Assembly (NCBI RefSeq): GCF_008000775.2
Contig: NZ_CP042905.2
Location: 3,630,001 to 3,662,000 of the forward strand
DNA from: Promethearchaeum syntrophicum
GTDB lineage: Archaea; Asgardarchaeota; Lokiarchaeia; Sigyniarchaeales; Promethearchaeaceae
Length of the DNA stretch: 32,000 bases
Direction: 5' to 3'
Part shown: positions 27,103-32,000 of the stretch, in pieces
Layout: every line of letters begins with the position of its first letter
How positions within the stretch are numbered: the stretch's first letter is position 1
Made by a program: the position numbers and the translations under genes
Notes under the pieces: model-generated
The model's input: the letters and a program-made list of their open reading frames with translations, nothing else
The model's database searches: none
What the model was told of the DNA's origin: nothing

Positions 27103-30100
27103 ATTTCTTTTTTTTTTCACTTTCCCAATCTTTAAATATTTTTGTTTTCCGACCTCGAACAATGGCTTTTTTGTCTGTTTCTTGATTGTATAGTTCATAT
27201 TTTTCTTCAATGGACAAACTTTCAAAAGATTTCTTTGAGAGATCTACCTTTTTCTCTTTTGGTGGTTCTTCTTTCTTCTTAGCAGTTGTTTTCTTCTTAG
27301 CCGTTTTCTTGGTTGTCTTCTTTTTAGCAACCGTTTTCTTCTTAGTAGTTTTCTTGGTTGTCTTCTTCTTAACGGCTTTCTCTACTGCTTTCTTTTCAAT
27401 AACTTTTTCTTTTATTATAGGAGTTTCTGCAATTATTTCTTCTTTTTTAGGTTTAACTTTGCTTTTTGATTTAATGTTAACCGATTTTGAGGTACCTGCA
27501 TCTTCTATTACATACTCTACTGGAAATTCAGGATGAGTACGACCATTTAGGGATTCAGCAATTACTTTCTCTTCTTTCAGTAATTCTCTGTATGCTTTCG
27601 TTTTTAATACAATCTGCTCAAAGCTTATGATGTCTCCACCATCCGAATGTGCAGGATCAACTCCGTCATCACCATATTTGAATTGTATAATGTTTTTTTC
27701 TGATGTTCTTACAGTTAAATCATTTTCTACAACCATATCTTGTAATGCATTCACTAATCGTCTTTGCATATATCCTGAAGAGCTGGTTCGGACTGCGGTA
27801 TCTACCAATCCTTCTCGTCCACCCATAGCATGGAAAAAGAATTCTGTAGGAGTCAATCCAGTTCGATAAGAATTTAAAACAAAACCTCTTGCTGGAGGAG
27901 ATAAATCTTTAATTTTAAAATGTGGTAATGTTCTATCAATAAAACCTCTATGAATCCGATCTTGACGAACAGATTGTTGCCCTACACAAGCAGCCATCTG
28001 AGCAAGGTTGAGAGGATTTCCTCGTGCTCCAGATTTCGTCATAATAACAGAATGAGCCCTATCTCCAAGATATTCGGCGGCAATATTTCCAGCATCACCC
28101 CGAGCTTGGTTTAAGAGCCCCATTAATTGTAATTCTAAGGTTTCATATAAAGTTCTTCCAGGAGCACAAGGTAATACTTCTTGATCATCATCGTGATATG
28201 CTTTTATTAACCTATTTGATTCATTATATGCGTCATAAATCACACCATGCACATTTTTTCTTGCAACGCCGATATCAACTTCATCAATACCCATCGTTAA
28301 ACCATGAATTGTTATTACCCAAACAAGCATGTAAACTGCATCATCTAAGAATTCTCTTCCTCGATTAGGGCCATAATCTCGAATTACCCGTTGTAGGATA
28401 CTTGAAATTCTGCCATCACCAAAGGAATTTTTATCTAAAACTCCCGATAACATCTTCCCATTTTTAATGAATACAAAACCATCACCCTTTTCACCTTCTT
28501 CTTCACGGTAGAATTTGGATCTAATACTCATGTTTAAATCATGGGGTAAAATGCAGCTGAAAATAGCTTTTCCCGTATACATCCTGTCTTCTTTCGGTGC
28601 TTCTGGATTAACGGGTATTATTTGGTCAATTTTGAATGAGGGGTTTCGTTTAAATACATTCCCCCAATAAAGTAAAGAAAATGTGTCTTTTCTAGAAAAA
28701 GTATTTGGAACTCCAGGAGATCGTTCATCTCTGGTGAACATATATCCAACAGAAATAAAATCTTGGATACCACCAATGATTGGTCCTCCAAATCTAGGAG
28801 ATATAATATGTTCTTGGACTTTTAATAGATATTGGGCTTCGGTACGTGCCTCCTCGCTTTGAGGAACGTGAAGATTCATTTCATCACCATCGAAATCAGC
28901 GTTATATGGAGGGCAAACTACTAAAGATAATCGAAATGTCTGACCTTGCATAACTTTTACTTCATGAGCCATAATGGACATCCTATGAAGAGAAGGTTGC
29001 CGATTAAATAAGACAAGGTCCCCATCTCGCAAGTGTCTTTCGATTATAAATCCTGGTTTGATAGTAGAAGCAACAATTTCTCTGGCTTTTACAAATCTTA
29101 AGTCAATTCTTCTTCCATCTTCACGAATTATATAATTTGCACCAGGATGATTTTTAGGACCATTTAAAACAACTTGTTTCATTTCTTCGATATTAAATTC
29201 CGTAACATAGCTTGGAACGGTTAAAATTTTGGCAATTTTTTCTGGAACACCTACTTGATTAATGGATATATGAGGATTAGGGGAAATAACAGTTCGAGCC
29301 GAGAAATCAACACGTTTTCCTGAAAGATTGCTTCTAAATCTTCCCTCTTTTCCTTTTAATCTTTGAGTTAAAGTTCTTAGTGCACGACCAGAGCGATGTC
29401 TTGCAGGGGGAATCCCACTGACTTCATTATTAAAATACGTAGTTATGTGATATTGTAGTAATTCCCATAAATCCTCTACAATTAATTGTGGAGCCCCAGC
29501 ATCGATATTTTCTCGCAATCTTTGATTAATTCTGATAACATCAACTAATTTATGCGTTAAATCATCTTCTGATCTGATTCCACTATCTAATGTAATAGAA
29601 GGTCTAACACAAACTGGAGGAATGGGTAATACAGTTAAAATCATCCATTCAGGTCGCGCCGTTGATGGGTTAATCCCAACTAATTCACAATCGTCAACAT
29701 TCATATTTTCAAGTCGTTCTCTGAGGAAATTTGGAGTTAAGCGTTCCCCATCTTCATATAAAGTAGTTGGTTTTTCGATCGTAATTTTTTTCTTTGGTTC
29801 GCCACAATAAGGACATTCTTTTGCTTTTCTTGCAGTTTTAAATATTTCTGAATAAATAGTCTCATCATTTTCATCAAAAATATCCCTATAATTCTTCTGT
29901 TTAGAACGATACTGTTGAATTTGATCTTCCGTGATTAATAAACGTGAACAATTTGAACATAATGCTCTTAGAATTTTTAATAGAAGTTTTGCATGACCCA
30001 CATGTATTACTGGTCTTGCTAACTCAATATGACCAAAATGACCATGGCATGCTCCCACTCGATTACCACATGTGGCGCATTTTTGACCAGGTTCTATGGT

Positions 30101-30214
30101 ACCGAGTTTAAGATCCATTAACCCTGATTTAATAGGGAGACCATCCTCATCATATGTATCAGCCGTAATTATTCTGCCAACAGACATTTTCCTGATTTCT
30201 TCAGGTGAAAGCAA
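27101..30214 (-). CDS. rpoA1: DNA-directed RNA polymerase subunit A' with a ~163-aa Lys-rich C-terminal extension; the true start is probably upstream of the listed TTG
   Basis: It has the zinc motif CATCGNRVGACHGHFGHIEL and the catalytic NADFDGDEMNLHVPQS. The bridge-helix region GREGLVDTAVRTSSSGYMQRRL is also present. The in-frame conserved sequence KIIEKIRFG continues upstream of the TTG at 30214 as far as a TAG at 30278..30280. Confidence 0.92.
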   Translation of the reverse strand: MLSPEEIRKMSVGRIITADTYDEDGLPIKSGLMDLKLGTIEPGQKCATCGNRVGACHGHFGHIELARPVIHVGHAKLLLKILRALCSNCSRLLITEDQIQQYRSKQKNYRDIFDENDETIYSEIFKTARKAKECPYCGEPKKKITIEKPTTLYEDGERLTPNFLRERLENMNVDDCELVGINPSTARPEWMILTVLPIPPVCVRPSITLDSGIRSEDDLTHKLVDVIRINQRLRENIDAGAPQLIVEDLWELLQYHITTYFNNEVSGIPPARHRSGRALRTLTQRLKGKEGRFRSNLSGKRVDFSARTVISPNPHISINQVGVPEKIAKILTVPSYVTEFNIEEMKQVVLNGPKNHPGANYIIREDGRRIDLRFVKAREIVASTIKPGFIIERHLRDGDLVLFNRQPSLHRMSIMAHEVKVMQGQTFRLSLVVCPPYNADFDGDEMNLHVPQSEEARTEAQYLLKVQEHIISPRFGGPIIGGIQDFISVGYMFTRDERSPGVPNTFSRKDTFSLLYWGNVFKRNPSFKIDQIIPVNPEAPKEDRMYTGKAIFSCILPHDLNMSIRSKFYREEEGEKGDGFVFIKNGKMLSGVLDKNSFGDGRISSILQRVIRDYGPNRGREFLDDAVYMLVWVITIHGLTMGIDEVDIGVARKNVHGVIYDAYNESNRLIKAYHDDDQEVLPCAPGRTLYETLELQLMGLLNQARGDAGNIAAEYLGDRAHSVIMTKSGARGNPLNLAQMAACVGQQSVRQDRIHRGFIDRTLPHFKIKDLSPPARGFVLNSYRTGLTPTEFFFHAMGGREGLVDTAVRTSSSGYMQRRLVNALQDMVVENDLTVRTSEKNIIQFKYGDDGVDPAHSDGGDIISFEQIVLKTKAYRELLKEEKVIAESLNGRTHPEFPVEYVIEDAGTSKSVNIKSKSKVKPKKEEIIAETPIIKEKVIEKKAVEKAVKKKTTKKTTKKKTVAKKKTTKKTAKKKTTAKKKEEPPKEKKVDLSKKSFESLSIEEKYELYNQETDKKAIVRGRKTKIFKDWESEKKKK
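27288..27377 (-). repeat. Two tandem 45-nt (15-codon) repeats inside the rpoA1 C-terminal tail
   Basis: On the plus strand, gttttcttcttagccgttttcttggttgtcttctttttagcaacc (27288..27332) is followed by gttttcttcttagtagttttcttggttgtcttcttcttaacggct (27333..27377). These encode KKKTTKKTTKKKTVA / KKKTTKKTAKKKTTA. Confidence 0.8.
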
Positions 30215-30536
30215 GCCAAATCGAATTTTCTCGATTATTTTCAGAGTTTCAACATTTAATGAAATTTTTACAACACCCTATATGGTTTAAAATTTTTTTT
30301 TTTTAAAATAAGAAATTGAAAGTGATTAAAAGTCCTTCCACTGTTCATGAACACGATATCAAAATACTCGATTTGTAAAAAATTTTTCGTTTTATTTAAA
30401 AATTAAACAAGAAATGTGTTAAATAATGAGAGTAGGGAATGAATTCAATAAAAATCTCGGTAAACCATAAAAGAAAATTAGCAATTTCTATGATTTCACC
30501 GAAATCTGATATAATTTTAAAAAAAGATAAATTATT

Positions 30537-31283
30537 CTATTCCTCCTTATGCAAAGCCCAGAAAATCAATATCGGTGAAACGAATAAGAATATTTGTCCG
30601 ATCATTGAAGTCCAAAGAGAATATGTCTGAAAAAGTAAACTCTTAAACATAAAATATAGTAAACCAATAGGAATTAAATCAATCCCAATAACTAAACCAA
30701 GCATTTTTTTTTTAGATACGCGATCTTCGGTTTTTTTAATTGTCTTACTAAGATTTACCGTTGCTATTATGTAAAATATAAAAGGAATAGCTGAAGCAAT
30801 TGCACTTATTACTGAAAATCCTTCTGCACTTGTAAATACTCCTGAAGGAGGTAAGGTTTTCGGATCGATTACATCTTTATTTTCATCCAATACCTGTAAA
30901 GGCGCTTCAATTATCATCAATACTGTTGAAATCAATAATAATGTAATTTCCACGAATTGATATTTTTTCTTCTTTACTCTTAATTCACCATGGGTTATTA
31001 TATTTGAAGCGTTATATACCAAACCAGAATACAAATTAAGCATAACTTTTTGGATAGCCCATAAAACTGAACATATTAAAAAACTCGTATAACTAGCGGG
31101 TGCAAATGTGAATGAAAAACTATCAAATGTACTAAAAATAGCCCAGCTTAAAAATGCAAAGAAAAAAATCTTATTTAGAAGATAATTACTTTCGCGTTTA
31201 ATTCTAAATGCAAAAAACAAAAACATCATTGCCACAAACATTTTTGGAATGATTAACCAAACTCTTACGGGATCAACAATCAT
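30537..31283 (-). CDS. Integral membrane protein (~7 TM), function unknown
   Basis: A 248-aa ORF with alternating hydrophobic helices and short loops. There is one longer extracytoplasmic loop (QVLDENKDVIDPKTLPPSGVF). I recognise no family motif. Confidence 0.5.
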   Translation of the reverse strand: MIVDPVRVWLIIPKMFVAMMFLFFAFRIKRESNYLLNKIFFFAFLSWAIFSTFDSFSFTFAPASYTSFLICSVLWAIQKVMLNLYSGLVYNASNIITHGELRVKKKKYQFVEITLLLISTVLMIIEAPLQVLDENKDVIDPKTLPPSGVFTSAEGFSVISAIASAIPFIFYIIATVNLSKTIKKTEDRVSKKKMLGLVIGIDLIPIGLLYFMFKSLLFQTYSLWTSMIGQIFLFVSPILIFWALHKEE

Positions 31284-31341
31284 ATTAAATATAAAAGATT
31301 AAAATACCTAAGTAATTCACTTAAAATAAATTCTATTTAAC

Positions 31342-31749
31342 CTATGGACAAAAAAAACACTTATCCTTAAGTTTTTGTTCTTTTATCCAAGCTTTCAATC
31401 CAATTTTCTTCATTTTTTTTGAATTTTCTATTGTTCTCCTATGATGATCCATTCCATCGGAACCAAATTTATTTACAAGCGAACAAGGAAAATCCGTACA
31501 TTCAAAACAATAATTAAGATTTTTATTTAAAGCGCAAGCTCTCATCTTACAATCAGAACTCCAATGGACATCATTTGAACTTCTACATCCATTACATACA
31601 AATGAATCAGGATTTACTATTTCATTCCTTTGTTCTTTGAAATAATCTAAGAGTTCCTTTAAAATTGCTTGATCACCATGCGACGCAAGATAAATATCAC
31701 ATTTTGAACAATTTAAGCCGCAAATTGAAATATTCCAGTTTTCAATCAT
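31342..31749 (-). CDS. Cys-rich DUF3795-like protein (putative metal/Fe-S binding)
   Basis: The 135-aa product has N-terminal CGLNCSKCDIY, then CNGC...CKMRACALNKNLNYCFECTDFPC, and a C-terminal CFFC. The Cys pattern and size are as I recall for the uncharacterised DUF3795 family. Confidence 0.5.
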   Translation of the reverse strand: MIENWNISICGLNCSKCDIYLASHGDQAILKELLDYFKEQRNEIVNPDSFVCNGCRSSNDVHWSSDCKMRACALNKNLNYCFECTDFPCSLVNKFGSDGMDHHRRTIENSKKMKKIGLKAWIKEQKLKDKCFFCP

Positions 31750-31839
31750 AATATTTAATTAATATTCTTGAATTAAAAATATTACATTTGCTTTAAGGAA
31801 CATTTAAATTAACAATGAAATTAGTCTTCCAAGAGAGAA

Positions 31840-32000
31840 ATGCAAATATCCAACTCTAAAAATGTCCTTTTTATTTGGGAAGTGCCAATTCGGCTAAAAA
31901 AGTACTTGAATAAACATTTAGATAAAATTTCTAATCTAAAGCTTATCTTTCCACAAAATATTTCAAAAGAAAACTTAGAAAATCTAGCGTCCGAAGCTAA
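31840..32000 (+). CDS. Partial ORF running off the window end (N-terminal 53 codons), function unknown
   Basis: The frame is open from the ATG at 31840 to the end of the window (MQISNSKNVLFIWEVPIRLKKYLNKHLDKISNLKLIFPQNISKENLENLASEA...). It vaguely resembles the N-terminus of D-2-hydroxyacid dehydrogenases, but it is too short to call. Confidence 0.3.
   Translation, partial: MQISNSKNVLFIWEVPIRLKKYLNKHLDKISNLKLIFPQNISKENLENLASEA

Noticed and set aside
27186-27536. 116-aa plus-strand ORF (Phe/Leu/Val-rich) and other ORFs antisense to the rpo genes (25781..25984, 26270..26551, 26933..27193, 27627..27869, 29622..29810, 30096..30290)
   Set aside because: They lie antisense to strongly supported, motif-rich RNA polymerase genes. 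The poly-Phe composition is simply the complement of the Lys (AAA/AAG) tail. They are shadow ORFs.
30286-30310. TTTAAAA-T12-AAAATA tract upstream of rpoA1 as a special structural element
   Set aside because: It is most simply an AT-rich promoter region, with a TATA-like TTTTAAA on the minus strand preceded by an A-tract. The quasi-palindrome is a trivial consequence of A/T homopolymers. It is mentioned only in connection with the rpoA1 start problem.

Overview
This is a visibly AT-rich archaeal chromosomal window. The evidence for an archaeal host is split RNA polymerase A'/A'' genes, an eL30-uS12-uS7 operon, an intron-containing tRNA, and AGGTGA Shine-Dalgarno sites in front of operon-internal genes. 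All calls come from reading the ORF translations and the DNA by eye; no similarity search was run.

I can support 25 protein-coding genes (one of them partial), one tRNA, one decayed gene fragment, and a few small regulatory or repeat elements.

Layout from left to right:
- an unknown polytopic membrane protein, an MFS transporter and thiamine pyrophosphokinase, all on the minus strand
- a divergent TbpA/ThiB-ThiP-ATPase thiamine ABC importer
- a RING-H2 + coiled-coil + TPR protein, a eukaryote-like E3-type zinc finger; this is compatible with an Asgard-like host but does not prove one
- tRNA-Arg(GCG) with a 37/38 intron
- a PAF-acetylhydrolase-like alpha/beta hydrolase and an MBL-fold hydrolase
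- rpl30e-rps12-rps7
- a small membrane protein
- a roughly 200-nt relic of an acyl-CoA synthetase
- a tightly coupled 6-kb operon: a beta-helix surface glycoprotein, a triple TM-hairpin/PH-like membrane protein, and a site-2-protease homologue that has lost HExxH
- trpS
- an intact acyl-CoA synthetase divergent from an LpxL/HtrB-like acyltransferase
- rpoA2 and rpoA1
- a 7-TM protein, a Cys-rich DUF3795-like protein, and a partial ORF

I saw no CRISPR array, transposase, integrase or recognisable defence gene.

The most unusual observations:
- the three-gene envelope operon, which has no nameable function
- the RING-H2/TPR protein
- long Lys-rich tails exactly at the A'/A'' split, with a fresh 45-nt tandem duplication
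- a conserved rpoA1 N-terminus that lies upstream of any canonical start codon
- break-up of the normally conserved rpo/ribosomal-protein gene string, with nusA absent
- a helically phased CATATG decamer array
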